From: Elusimicrobiota bacterium
GTDB taxonomy: Bacteria; Elusimicrobiota; Endomicrobiia; Endomicrobiales; JBDRNC01
DNA length: 64,000 bases
Assembly (NCBI GenBank): GCA_043811535.1
Contig: JBDRNC010000021.1
Span: 1-64,000 of the forward strand
Direction of reading: 5' to 3'
The first letter of the stretch is position 1; every line of letters starts with the position of its first letter. Below are positions 19,386 through 28,686 of this stretch, one piece after another. A model generated the notes under the pieces. That model saw nothing but the letters and a program-made list of their open reading frames with translations, did no database searches and had not been told where the DNA came from. Position numbers and translations under genes: made by a program.

Positions 19386-21194
19386 ATGGTATGGCAGCAG
19401 GAACACCGCTTATCTTATGAAGATTTTCTTGAAAGGCACCGGGTTGTCGTGTATCTCTTCCTGGGACTTTTCATCCTTCTTGCCGTAAGACTTTTTCACC
19501 TTCAGATAATCCTGGGCAGGTACTACCTTGACATTTCGGAAAAACAGCGCACTCACATTATTCTGAAACGCGCTCCGCGCGGAGTAATCTACGACTGCAA
19601 CGGAAACGTTATCGTCGGGAACAGAACCACTTTTGTCGCCTTATTCTATCCATTTTCCCAGAACATAATGCCGACGCCAGTCATGCTTAAAAGGCTGGAA
19701 AGCATACTGGACATGAAGAATCTGACCGTGATAATGACTCAGGGCCTCCGCACGGGAAAAGCCGTAAGGCTTGCGGAAAACCTCACTCGTTTTGAAATGT
19801 TAAAGCTGCAGGAACAACGGCTGGTTTTTCCTGGGATTTCAGTAGTTAATGAGGTCAGAAGGGATTACCGCTCGCCCCTCGCTAATTCACACCTTGCGGG
19901 TTACGTCAACGAGATTTCGAAAAAGGAGCTGGAAGCGCTTAGGGATGATGGATTTAAAATGGGCGACTGGATAGGCCGCGGAGGGATAGAGCAGACGTAC
20001 GACAATTATTTGAGAGGGCAGGACGGCGGATGGGAGATTGAAGTTGACGCGACCGGGCACCAGACGCAGCTTGTGCGGCACGTGCCGCCCGTCACCGGGA
20101 ACAGCGTTTATTCAACGGTAGACGTAAAACTCCAGGAAGCCGCGTCAAGAGCGCTTAGAATGACCGCGACCGGCAGGGGGGCCGTTATGGCTGTTGACCC
20201 CAGAACCGGCGCAGTTAAATGTTTTGTTTCCAGCCCGGGTTTTGATCCGAACATTTCAATGATGCCCGAGTTCGGCAAGTATCTCACAGATAAAAATCTC
20301 CCGCTCTGGGACAGGATTGACCAGGCGCGTTACCCTCCCGGCTCGATATTCAAGATAATAACGTTTATTGCCGCTCTTGAAGGGAACAAAATAAATCCGA
20401 GCCAGACGTTTAACTGCACGGGCAGTTTCATGTTCGGCAACAAGTCATTCGCTTGCTGGAACAAGAAGGGCCATGGACGGGTTGACCTGATGCAGGCGCT
20501 TTCGGTATCGTGCAACGTATATTTTTATCAGCTGGGCCTGAAAGTCGGCCCTGAATTGATAGAGAAATACGCAAAACTTTTCCGCATAGGCGAAATTACC
20601 GGAATAGACATGCCTTCGGAAAAGCGCGGTCTTGTCCCCTCTCCGGAATGGAAGAAAAAGAGGGTTGGAGAGGCATGGCACCCCGGGGATACCATAAACA
20701 TGGCCATCGGCCAGGGCTCCCTGTGGGTCACTCCCGCCCAGATGGCGATGATGATATCGGCAGTGGCAAACGGAGGCGTAATCTATAAACCGTATCTCGT
20801 GGATAAAATATTGAACGTGAACGGCGAAAATGTGCTCAAACCTCAGAATAAAAAAATAGGAAATATTGAGCTTTCAAAACAAACCTGGGACATGCTTCAC
20901 GAAGGATTAAAAAGCGTCGTAAAGGACGGAACGGCAAGGGCGTGTTATTTTGAAAATCTTGCGGTTGCCGGGAAAACCGGGACCGCCCAGAACCCGCAGG
21001 GCAAGGACCACGGATGGTTCGTGGCTTACGCGCCCGCGGACAATCCGGAACTTGCTGTTGCCGTAATTGTTGAAAATGGCGGAGGGGGCGGCGCAGTCGC
21101 GGCGCCGGTCGCCAGGGAAATATTCTCAGCCGCGTTCAAACACAAAGACGCGAAACGGGTGGAAATACAAAATGCTGACGAGATTGGGAATTAG
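19386..21194 (+). CDS. mrdA: Penicillin-binding protein 2
   Basis: APRG, SIFK (SxxK), SCN, KTGTAQ. Confidence 0.95.
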   Translation: MVWQQEHRLSYEDFLERHRVVVYLFLGLFILLAVRLFHLQIILGRYYLDISEKQRTHIILKRAPRGVIYDCNGNVIVGNRTTFVALFYPFSQNIMPTPVMLKRLESILDMKNLTVIMTQGLRTGKAVRLAENLTRFEMLKLQEQRLVFPGISVVNEVRRDYRSPLANSHLAGYVNEISKKELEALRDDGFKMGDWIGRGGIEQTYDNYLRGQDGGWEIEVDATGHQTQLVRHVPPVTGNSVYSTVDVKLQEAASRALRMTATGRGAVMAVDPRTGAVKCFVSSPGFDPNISMMPEFGKYLTDKNLPLWDRIDQARYPPGSIFKIITFIAALEGNKINPSQTFNCTGSFMFGNKSFACWNKKGHGRVDLMQALSVSCNVYFYQLGLKVGPELIEKYAKLFRIGEITGIDMPSEKRGLVPSPEWKKKRVGEAWHPGDTINMAIGQGSLWVTPAQMAMMISAVANGGVIYKPYLVDKILNVNGENVLKPQNKKIGNIELSKQTWDMLHEGLKSVVKDGTARACYFENLAVAGKTGTAQNPQGKDHGWFVAYAPADNPELAVAVIVENGGGGGAVAAPVAREIFSAAFKHKDAKRVEIQNADEIGN

Positions 21195-22566
21195 GACATT
21201 CATAACCAGGAAATTTTCCGGCGAAGACGAGAAAACGCCGCTAAGACGTTTCCTTGAGAACATGGACTGGCTGCTTGTCGCGGCCGTCGCGGTTCTTCTG
21301 CTCACGGGACTCATAAGCGTTTACTCGTCCACGCTTCATTTCGGCAACGCCGGGAAATTCTTCACAACGCAGCTTTTCGCTGTCGTTATAGGCCTTACCG
21401 GCCTTGTATTCTTCCAGAGCGTCAATTATCAGCTCTACCGTAGGGGTTCGTACTTGCTCTACGGGCTTTCCATCGCGATGCTGATACTTGTGCTGCTGAT
21501 AGGCACAACCGTCCGCGGTACAAAGGGCTGGTTCAATATGGTATATTTCTCGTTCCAGCCCGTGGAAGTGGCGAAACTGATGTTTATTCTTATCCTTGCC
21601 AGCTATCTTGACCAGTACTGGAGAGTAATCAAGCGCTGGCAGTCGCTGGCAATCCCGCTGCTACTGCTGCTTGGTCATATCGGTCTGATACTCCTTCAGC
21701 CTGATTTTTCCTCAACACTGGTTTATTTGCCCGTGACAATTATCCTTTTGTACGCCGCAGGAGCCGAACCGCTTTACCTTTTCGCAATGATGATGTTCGG
21801 CGGGCTTGCGATGGGAATACCATTGATAGCAACATTTTTCAAGCTTCAACCGCTTTTTCTGAAAGCGCATCCCTCGGTGCATTATTTTGTCAAGGCTACG
21901 AGCGGCGGTTGGCCGGCCTTTAACCTTTTAGCCGCGATAGTGCTCGCGATACTGTTTTTCTGGTGGCTTCTGCATGAATTAAGGATACGGGTTCCGCTTA
22001 TTTCGGTGCTTATTTTATGCGGTATTATCGTAGGAGGCAGCGTTTCATCGGCGATAGTCCAGAAATCCATAAGAGAATACCAGAGAAAGCGCCTTATTGT
22101 GTTCTTAAACCCGGAAATTGATCCACTGGGCTCGGGTTACAATATTATCCAGTCAAAGATCGCCATAGGCTCGGGCAGGATATTCGGCAAAGGTTTATTT
22201 TCAGGAACGCAGTCCCAGCTGGGATTCCTGCCGGAACAGCATACTGATTTTATCTTTTCCGTTCTCGGCGAGGAGACAGGTTTCGGCATGTCCCTGCTGA
22301 CAATACTCGCGTATTTCATGATTGTCTGGCGGGCTATGATCGTCGCGCGGGACGCGCGCGACAGGTTCGGCTCTCTGATAGCGACAGGCATAGCCACGAT
22401 GTTCGCTTTTTACGCGATCATAAACATCGGGATGGTCATGGGGCTGATGCCCGCGACCGGTCTGCCGCTTCCGCTGTTGTCTTACGGGGGCTCGTCCATT
22501 GTCTCGGCCCTTTGGGCGATAGGGATACTATTTTCGGTTCATATCAGGAGATTTACGCATTATTAG
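21172..22566 (+). CDS. rodA: Rod shape-determining SEDS protein RodA (start likely ATG 21172)
   Basis: FQPVE, QPDF, PEQHTDFIF, TGLPLPLLSYGGSS. Confidence 0.95.
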   Translation: MLTRLGIRTFITRKFSGEDEKTPLRRFLENMDWLLVAAVAVLLLTGLISVYSSTLHFGNAGKFFTTQLFAVVIGLTGLVFFQSVNYQLYRRGSYLLYGLSIAMLILVLLIGTTVRGTKGWFNMVYFSFQPVEVAKLMFILILASYLDQYWRVIKRWQSLAIPLLLLLGHIGLILLQPDFSSTLVYLPVTIILLYAAGAEPLYLFAMMMFGGLAMGIPLIATFFKLQPLFLKAHPSVHYFVKATSGGWPAFNLLAAIVLAILFFWWLLHELRIRVPLISVLILCGIIVGGSVSSAIVQKSIREYQRKRLIVFLNPEIDPLGSGYNIIQSKIAIGSGRIFGKGLFSGTQSQLGFLPEQHTDFIFSVLGEETGFGMSLLTILAYFMIVWRAMIVARDARDRFGSLIATGIATMFAFYAIINIGMVMGLMPATGLPLPLLSYGGSSIVSALWAIGILFSVHIRRFTHY

Positions 22567-22595
22567 GTTTCAGGTAGTTGAGTATATTAGACAAT

Positions 22596-22800
22596 CCCCC
22601 TTCGGGACGTCTATGAGATGAGGAATTTTTCGGGAGTAGTCGGCGAGTATGTCTGAGACCGTCCTGGCGGAAGCCGACGGCCGAGTTACGGAGCCGCCGA
22701 AAAACGACGAACGAATGTCCCGCGGGGTGCATTTCTTTTCTCTCTTTTCTTTTGGGCAAGCAAAGAAAAGAGAGCGGGGTAAAGGGGCGGCAAGCCCCTT
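22596..22800. repeat. Structured intergenic element (MITE/REP-like, three hairpins)
   Basis: Long stem cccc-ttcgggac..gtcccgcgggg; 13-bp stem 22740-22774; 7-bp stem 22782-22800. Confidence 0.6.
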
Positions 22801-22810
22801 ATAAATAAAA

Positions 22811-25255
22811 ATGAAATTAGACAACATATTACCATTAATCCAGCGGCCAAGCAGATACATCAACCACGAGCTTAACTCCGTTCACAAGGAAAAAGTCGAT
22901 GTGAGTATCTGTCTGTGCTTTCCGGATATATATGAGATAGGCGCCTCCAATCTCGGCTTGCAGATACTCTACCATATCGTCAACGGGCGCAAGGATGCGG
23001 TTGCAGAACGCTGCTATTGCCCCGACACAGATATGGAGAACATGCTCAGAGCGAAAAACATCCCGCTTGCGTCGCTCGAAACGCAAAAGCCGCTGAAGGA
23101 ATTCGACATAATCGGAATAACGCTTCAATACGAGCTCTGCTCGACGAATGTTTTAAACTTGCTTGACCTGGCCGGGCTTCCGATTCTTGCAAAAGACAGG
23201 CCGGAGACCTTCCCGTTAGTTATCGGCGGCGGGCCAATGACGGCAAACCCCGAACCGCTTGCTGATTTCTTCGACGCCTTCGTTCTCGGCGAAGGGGAGG
23301 ACGTTATAAATGAAATAGTTGAGGCAGTCGGAAGACGGAAGACGGAAGACGGAAGTAAAAAGCAAATGCTGCTGGAACTGGCGAAGATGCCGGGGGTTTA
23401 CGTGCCGTCGCTTTATAATGTCGAATACAACTCTGACGGCACTGTCAAATCCTTGAAACCCGCGGAAAAAGAAGTCCCGGAAAAGATTGAAAAAAGAATA
23501 GTAAAGCTCGAAGAGACGTTTTTTCCGGCGAAACAACTGGTCCCTTTCACGCAGACGGTCCACGAGCGGCTCAACGTTGAGATCTCGCGCGGCTGCGCCC
23601 GCAGCTGCAGGTTCTGCCAGGCGACGAAGTATTACCGGCCGTGGCGGACGAGATCCGTGGAAAAAGTCCTGGGAATTATTGAGGAAGGGCTTGCATCTAC
23701 GGGTTATGAGGAAGTCTCGCTTTCATCGCTTTCCTGCACGGATTACAGGGAGCTTGAGCAGCTTCTCGCCGAAGTGATAAAAAGGTACGCGTCAAAAAGA
23801 GTGAGCGTCTCGCTTCCGTCGCTGCGCTGCGACAGGTTCTCTATTGTCACGGCCGCGTCGCTTAGCTACAACAAGCGCTCAAGCCTGACATTCGCGCCCG
23901 AGGCCGGCACAGCGCGGCTCAGGCAGGTTATAGGAAAGGAAATATCGGAAAAGGATGTGCGGGAAACATTGTTGCTCGCGCACCGGCTGGGATGGCAGCT
24001 CATGAAGCTGTATTTCATGGTGGGGCTGCCTACGGAGACCGACGAAGACGTCAGCGGCATAGTGCGGCTGGTTAAAGCGGTCAAGCGGAAAACTCCGCGC
24101 CTGAATTTCAATGTGACGGTTTCGTCATTTGTGCCCAAAGCGCAGACAGCGTTCCAGTGGTCGGCGATGGCGCCGGAGGAGACGATAAGAACCCGCACGA
24201 CGCATCTTAGAAAAACCCTTCCCGGCACGGTAAAAAGCCACCAGCTGGAAGGAAGCATCCTGGAAGCGGTTCTGGCGCGCGGGGACAGGCGCCTTTCGGC
24301 GGCGGTCATCTCCGCCTGGAAAAAGGGATGCAGGTTCGACCAGTGGGGGGAAAGGTTTAAATACAATTTGTGGCAGGAAGCGTTTTCGGAATCCGGCGTT
24401 GATATCCCGTTCTACATTCATCGGGAAAGGGGATATGACGAGGTACTTCCGTGGGAACACCTGGAATTCGGGCCTGGAAAGGAAAAACTCTGGGCTGATT
24501 ACCAGGACGGCCTTAAATTCGCGCTTGAGCCCGAGTCCGAGCCGGAACTATCGGAGTTGGATACCCCTGATATCAAGCCGGTAAACCAGCCGTCTAATCC
24601 CGCGGCGATTCAGCGCGTCAGGTTATGCTTCGGGCGGACGGGTCCGGCAAGGTTTATTTCGCATCTTGAACAAATCGAGGTTTTCAGGCGGCTGATCAGA
24701 AGGACCGGGCTTCCGATGATCTTTACCGGCGGTTTTCATCCTCAGCCCAGGATATCTTTCGGGCCGCCGAACTCCGTCGGATATGAAAGCCGGAGCGAGT
24801 ACATTGAAGTTGAATTGTCCCGCAAGGTCCCGCCGGAAGAGATCAGATCGGCAGTCGCAAAATCTGTGCCTGCCGGGTATGAGCTTTTATCCGTGAAGAA
24901 CGTGCCGGTCATGTTCCCGTCGCTGGAATCGCTCGTAAATCTTGCGATGTATGAGATCAATGCCGACGCGGCACCGCAAAAGACAGAGGATTTTTTAAAA
25001 CAGACGGAAATAATCGTTGAAAAAACGAAAAAAAACGCCGTTCAGCGGATAAACGCCAGGCCGCTGATAAAGGAATTAAGGTCCGAGAACGGCGCGACAA
25101 CGCTGCTGCTTCGTTTCGGCCCCAAGGGCAATGTAAAACCGGAGAAAATCATTCAGCTGCTTTGCGGACTGAGCAATGATGAGTCAAAACTGCTCATGAT
25201 CAGCCGAAAAGCGCTTTACGCCGAAAAACCGGACGGAACGGTACAGCAATTGTAA
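22811..25255 (+). CDS. Radical SAM protein (TIGR03960-like) fused to radical-SAM-linked DUF2344 domain
   Basis: FPDIYEIG, RGCARSCRFCQA, TFAPEAG; C-terminal ISHLE..GFHPQPRISFG; usual position between rodA and rng. Confidence 0.88.
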   Translation: MKLDNILPLIQRPSRYINHELNSVHKEKVDVSICLCFPDIYEIGASNLGLQILYHIVNGRKDAVAERCYCPDTDMENMLRAKNIPLASLETQKPLKEFDIIGITLQYELCSTNVLNLLDLAGLPILAKDRPETFPLVIGGGPMTANPEPLADFFDAFVLGEGEDVINEIVEAVGRRKTEDGSKKQMLLELAKMPGVYVPSLYNVEYNSDGTVKSLKPAEKEVPEKIEKRIVKLEETFFPAKQLVPFTQTVHERLNVEISRGCARSCRFCQATKYYRPWRTRSVEKVLGIIEEGLASTGYEEVSLSSLSCTDYRELEQLLAEVIKRYASKRVSVSLPSLRCDRFSIVTAASLSYNKRSSLTFAPEAGTARLRQVIGKEISEKDVRETLLLAHRLGWQLMKLYFMVGLPTETDEDVSGIVRLVKAVKRKTPRLNFNVTVSSFVPKAQTAFQWSAMAPEETIRTRTTHLRKTLPGTVKSHQLEGSILEAVLARGDRRLSAAVISAWKKGCRFDQWGERFKYNLWQEAFSESGVDIPFYIHRERGYDEVLPWEHLEFGPGKEKLWADYQDGLKFALEPESEPELSELDTPDIKPVNQPSNPAAIQRVRLCFGRTGPARFISHLEQIEVFRRLIRRTGLPMIFTGGFHPQPRISFGPPNSVGYESRSEYIEVELSRKVPPEEIRSAVAKSVPAGYELLSVKNVPVMFPSLESLVNLAMYEINADAAPQKTEDFLKQTEIIVEKTKKNAVQRINARPLIKELRSENGATTLLLRFGPKGNVKPEKIIQLLCGLSNDESKLLMISRKALYAEKPDGTVQQL
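23329..23356 (+). repeat. CGGAAGA x4 heptamer arm inside radical SAM CDS
   Basis: cggaaga cggaaga cggaaga cggaagt encodes GRRKTEDGS. Confidence 0.85.
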
Positions 25256-25256
25256 A

Positions 25257-25346
25257 AGACGGAAGAAGCCCGCCACTAAGACGTTGGCGGGCCCGCGGAT
25301 TGAATGCGGCGGGCAAGCCCGCCAAAGCAGTAGTGGCGGGAAAGAT
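25257..25346 (+). repeat. GGAAGAC arm with nested CCCGCC..GGCGGG hairpins
   Basis: Near-identical to reverse complement of 28611-28686 plus one extra hairpin module. Confidence 0.85.
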
Positions 25347-25378
25347 TAAAAAAATAAACAAATCAGAGGACAAAACAA

Positions 25379-26806
25379 ATGTCAAAAGAAATTATTGTTA
25401 ACAGAGCGTCGGAAGAAACCCGCGTGGCCATTATGGACCAGGGGCTGATGACGGATCTATTCATTGAAAGACGCGAGTCGGAAAAAATCATATCGAATAT
25501 CTACAAAGGTAAGGTGGACAACGTTCTGCCCGGCATGTCCAGCGCTTTTGTGGACATAGGATTGGATAAAAACGCGTACTTATTTGTAGATGACGTTATC
25601 GCGGAATCTCAGGAAAAGAAAATAGAAAAGATGATAAAAAGGGGACAGGATATAATGGTCCAGGTGGACAAAGAGCCGATAGGAACAAAGGGCGCCAAGG
25701 TCACGATGGACATATCGCTTCCGGGACGCCTGCTTGTGTACATGCCTTTCTCGGCGCACATCGGTATTTCAAAAAATATTGAAGCAAGGCATGAAAGGGA
25801 CAGATTAAAGGCCATTATAGACGAAAACAAGCCAGAGTCCGGAGGGTTTATATTGCGCACGGAAGCCGAAGAGGCCACCGATAAGGAACTCAAGCGCGAG
25901 ATGAAATATCTCATGCGCCTTTGGGGCTCGATAAAACAGAGATTCAGCACGTCAAAGCCGCCGGCGCTCATACACCGCGATTTCGGCATAGTGTTCCAGA
26001 CCGTCCGTGACTTTTTTTCCGAAGACGTGGGAATAATGATGATAGATTCACAGTCGGAATTCCGCGAGGTCGTTGACTTCGTCAAGATCGTTTCACCGGA
26101 ACTGCTTGACAAGGTCAAGCCCTACACGGGGAAAACCCCGATATTCAAGGCGTTCAATATTGAGGAAGAAATAAAAAAACTCAATTCAAACCACGTCAAA
26201 CTCCCATCGGGCGGCTACATAATAATACAGGAAGCGGAGTCGCTCTGCGCGATAGACGTCAATACCGGAAGCTTCACCGGGAAGAGGTCGCAGGAAGAGA
26301 CGGTCACCATTACTAATGTTGAAGCCGCGAAGGAAGTTGCAAGGCAGATACGCCTGCGCAACATCGGCGGGATACTTGTCATTGATTTCATTGACATGAA
26401 AAAATCAAGGAACCGCGCAAAGGTTTTGGAAACGCTCCAGCAGGCAGTAAGGAAAGACAAGGCGAAAATAAAGATATGGCCGATAACGAGGCTTGGCCTC
26501 ATAGAAATGACGCGCGAGCGCAAGAGAGAATCGTATTTCAAGCTGATGGGCGAAACCTGCCCCGAGTGCAACGGCCTCGGACTTGTGATTTCCCGCGAGT
26601 CGCTATTCATTCAGATATGCAGGGAGCTTGAGCAGATGAAACTGTCGGGCGCGCACGGCTCCAAGGTCCGCCTGCGCCTTTCCCCGCTGGTGGCGCAGTA
26701 TTTCAACGAGCGCATACAGCGGCTCAAGAAGAAAGCCGGGGAAAAGGTTGAAGTCCAGCCCTCGAAAGACATCGATTGGGACGATTACCAATTGATAGTT
26801 GAATAG
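25379..26806 (+). CDS. rng: Rne/Rng family ribonuclease (RNase G)
   Basis: NIYKG, AFVDIG, IDVNTG, RNIGGILVIDFIDM, CPECNG. Confidence 0.93.
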   Translation: MSKEIIVNRASEETRVAIMDQGLMTDLFIERRESEKIISNIYKGKVDNVLPGMSSAFVDIGLDKNAYLFVDDVIAESQEKKIEKMIKRGQDIMVQVDKEPIGTKGAKVTMDISLPGRLLVYMPFSAHIGISKNIEARHERDRLKAIIDENKPESGGFILRTEAEEATDKELKREMKYLMRLWGSIKQRFSTSKPPALIHRDFGIVFQTVRDFFSEDVGIMMIDSQSEFREVVDFVKIVSPELLDKVKPYTGKTPIFKAFNIEEEIKKLNSNHVKLPSGGYIIIQEAESLCAIDVNTGSFTGKRSQEETVTITNVEAAKEVARQIRLRNIGGILVIDFIDMKKSRNRAKVLETLQQAVRKDKAKIKIWPITRLGLIEMTRERKRESYFKLMGETCPECNGLGLVISRESLFIQICRELEQMKLSGAHGSKVRLRLSPLVAQYFNERIQRLKKKAGEKVEVQPSKDIDWDDYQLIVE

Positions 26807-26815
26807 CTGGCGCTC

Positions 26816-26920
26816 GGGACAATTCCTTAAAAAGACGCTCGCCATTCGCGAGGCTCGCTTGGTTTGACGGCTCGTAGACGCAAATCTCGCCGCCAAAACA
26901 CTTTTTGCCGGAATTATCCC
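26816..26920. repeat. Structured intergenic element with terminal inverted repeat
   Basis: gggacaattcc..aaaaag / cttttt..ggaattatccc. Confidence 0.5.
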
Positions 26921-27037
26921 TCGCTAATCATGAAAAGCAAACAGAAGCACATTGGGACCGGAAACTTTTGTTGAACTACCAAAGAATAAAAGGCTTGATT
27001 CGAAGTAACTTTGTAGAAAAAATGTTTAAAATAATCC

Positions 27038-27128
27038 TTGACAAAAGCGTTATCATATGATAGTATATTGGTATCAGGGAGGGAATTTATGAGATTATAT
27101 ATACTAATATTATCATATGATAATATTA
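27038..27128 (+). promoter_or_regulatory. Sigma70 promoter of TA operon with two palindromic operators
   Basis: TTGACA 27038-N17-TAGTAT; TATCATATGATA 27051-27062; perfect 24-bp palindrome TAATATTATCATATGATAATATTA 27105-27128. Confidence 0.8.
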
Positions 27129-27146
27129 AACCGGGAGATGATTCTT

Positions 27147-27491
27147 TTGGACAAGCGACAGGAAGTAACCGAATTTTTACAGCAATTCAAAACGTTTCAA
27201 ACCAAAAAACTAGTATTCTTTGGGAATAGAAAAATAAATATTGACACATTGACGTATCTAGGATTAACAGTAAAAGACATTGAAGAGAACATTCAGCAGC
27301 TAACGTACAAAAATTATTGTTCAGGCCCTGAAGATGATAGAGATAATCCTGGACATAAAATTTGGGAATTTGGAGTTGAAATTTCGATATTCAAAATATA
27401 TATCAAGCTTAGTGACGATTTTTCATTCAATTACGCAAAATGTATTTCCTTCCATATACCAAAATATGAATTGGAGTTTCCTCTTAAGTAG
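27147..27491 (+). CDS. MqsR/RelE-like type II toxin (start uncertain: 27117, 27138 or TTG 27147)
   Basis: NYCSGPEDD..IWEFG..IYIKL..CISFH pattern of MqsR-like ribonuclease toxins; upstream of antitoxin. Confidence 0.75.
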   Translation: MDKRQEVTEFLQQFKTFQTKKLVFFGNRKINIDTLTYLGLTVKDIEENIQQLTYKNYCSGPEDDRDNPGHKIWEFGVEISIFKIYIKLSDDFSFNYAKCISFHIPKYELEFPLK

Positions 27492-27507
27492 TATTTTAAA
27501 ATAGTTT

Positions 27508-28545
27508 TTGTCAAATAATATGGTTAAAACATATTGCCCTCAATGTAGGAAAGAAATTGAAGGGCAAATCATCCAACGCAAAGAAATATATAAAGTAAAG
27601 GGGGAAGATATATCTATTGATTCCTCTATTTTGCATTGTATTGAATGCAATACAGAAATATTTGATTCTGTTATAGATGGCAATAATATTACTAGTGCTT
27701 ATAATGACTATAAAGCTAAACACAAACTATTAACTTCAGATCAAGTAAAAGCATTAAGAGAAAAATATGGTTTAAGCCAGAGATCACTGGGCACTTTGCT
27801 TGGTTGGGGAGAAGTAACTATTCATAGGTATGAAAATGGAGCCATTCAGGATGAGTCTCACAACGAAGTTCTAATGCTAATTGAAAAACCTGAAATAATG
27901 ATTGAGATATTTAATAAAAACTCTGATTTATTGCCTGATAGAATAAAAGTAGATTTGGACAAAAGAATTAAAGAATTACTTTCAGAAGAAACTAAACCAA
28001 ATTTTTATAATGCTTTAGAAAATATATTAAATTCAAGCAATCAAAGAAATGAGTTCAACGGTTATAACAGATTTGATTTAGAAAAAATATATAATCTTAT
28101 TATATACATCATATCGTACTATGATGGAATATTTAAAACAAAATTGAATAAAATACTGTGGTACGTAGATTTTTTGTATTTCAAGTACAATTCATTGTCA
28201 ATTTCAGGTAACTCATACACGCATTCTCAATATGGCCCAACATTTGACGGATATGAGCTAATTATTGGTTCTATGTACAACGACCAGATTATTGATAAGG
28301 AAGAAGTAATTAGACATGAAAACTGTCTTGTTGAATTATGGAAAGCAAACAATATTTGTGATAAAAGGTTTTTTAATGCATCGGAAATAGAAGTGATTAA
28401 TTATGTATTAGAAGTATTCAAAGATTATACTTCTGAGAAGATTTCCGAGTATTCCCATAAAGAAAAACCCTATTTAGATACAAAAGATGGAGAGAAGATA
28501 TCTTATAATTTAGCTAAGGATATTTCTATATCTTTAAATAAATAA
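27508..28545 (+). CDS. Antitoxin: MqsA-like zinc ribbon + XRE HTH + DUF4065 (SocA/Panacea) domain
   Basis: CPQC..CIEC; LREKYGLSQ..TIHRYENG; KLNKILWYVDF..YGP..SEYSH. Confidence 0.85.
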   Translation: MSNNMVKTYCPQCRKEIEGQIIQRKEIYKVKGEDISIDSSILHCIECNTEIFDSVIDGNNITSAYNDYKAKHKLLTSDQVKALREKYGLSQRSLGTLLGWGEVTIHRYENGAIQDESHNEVLMLIEKPEIMIEIFNKNSDLLPDRIKVDLDKRIKELLSEETKPNFYNALENILNSSNQRNEFNGYNRFDLEKIYNLIIYIISYYDGIFKTKLNKILWYVDFLYFKYNSLSISGNSYTHSQYGPTFDGYELIIGSMYNDQIIDKEEVIRHENCLVELWKANNICDKRFFNASEIEVINYVLEVFKDYTSEKISEYSHKEKPYLDTKDGEKISYNLAKDISISLNK

Positions 28546-28566
28546 TAATAATTGAATGCGAAAAAC

Positions 28567-28597
28567 AAAAAGACAGCAGTATTCTGACTGTCTTTTT
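28567..28597. terminator. Probable bidirectional intrinsic terminator between antitoxin and aspC
   Basis: AAAAAGACAG-CAG tatt CTG-A-CTGTCTTTTT. Confidence 0.65.
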
Positions 28598-28610
28598 AAA
28601 TTTGTCGTTA

Positions 28611-28686
28611 CTTCCGTCTTCCATCTTCCCCGCCACTACTTCTTTGGCGGGCCCGCCGACGTCTTAATGGCGGGCTTCTTCCGTCT
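28611..28686 (-). repeat. GGAAGAC arm with nested CCCGCC..GGCGGG hairpins after aspC stop
   Basis: Minus strand agacggaagaag[cccgcc..ggcggg]x2 gaagatggaagacggaag. Confidence 0.85.

Noticed and set aside
22587..22615. Third ECF promoter copy (TTGTCTAA on minus strand)
   Set aside because: No GAAACTTT at the required spacing.
22553..22863. Short minus-strand ORFs over the structured element
   Set aside because: No recognisable protein features; by-products of the palindromic sequence.
25257..28686. Inverted near-identical elements around rng and the TA pair as a composite transposon
   Set aside because: Each copy simply follows the stop of its own gene on opposite strands. There is no transposase or target duplication, and rng is in its usual syntenic place.
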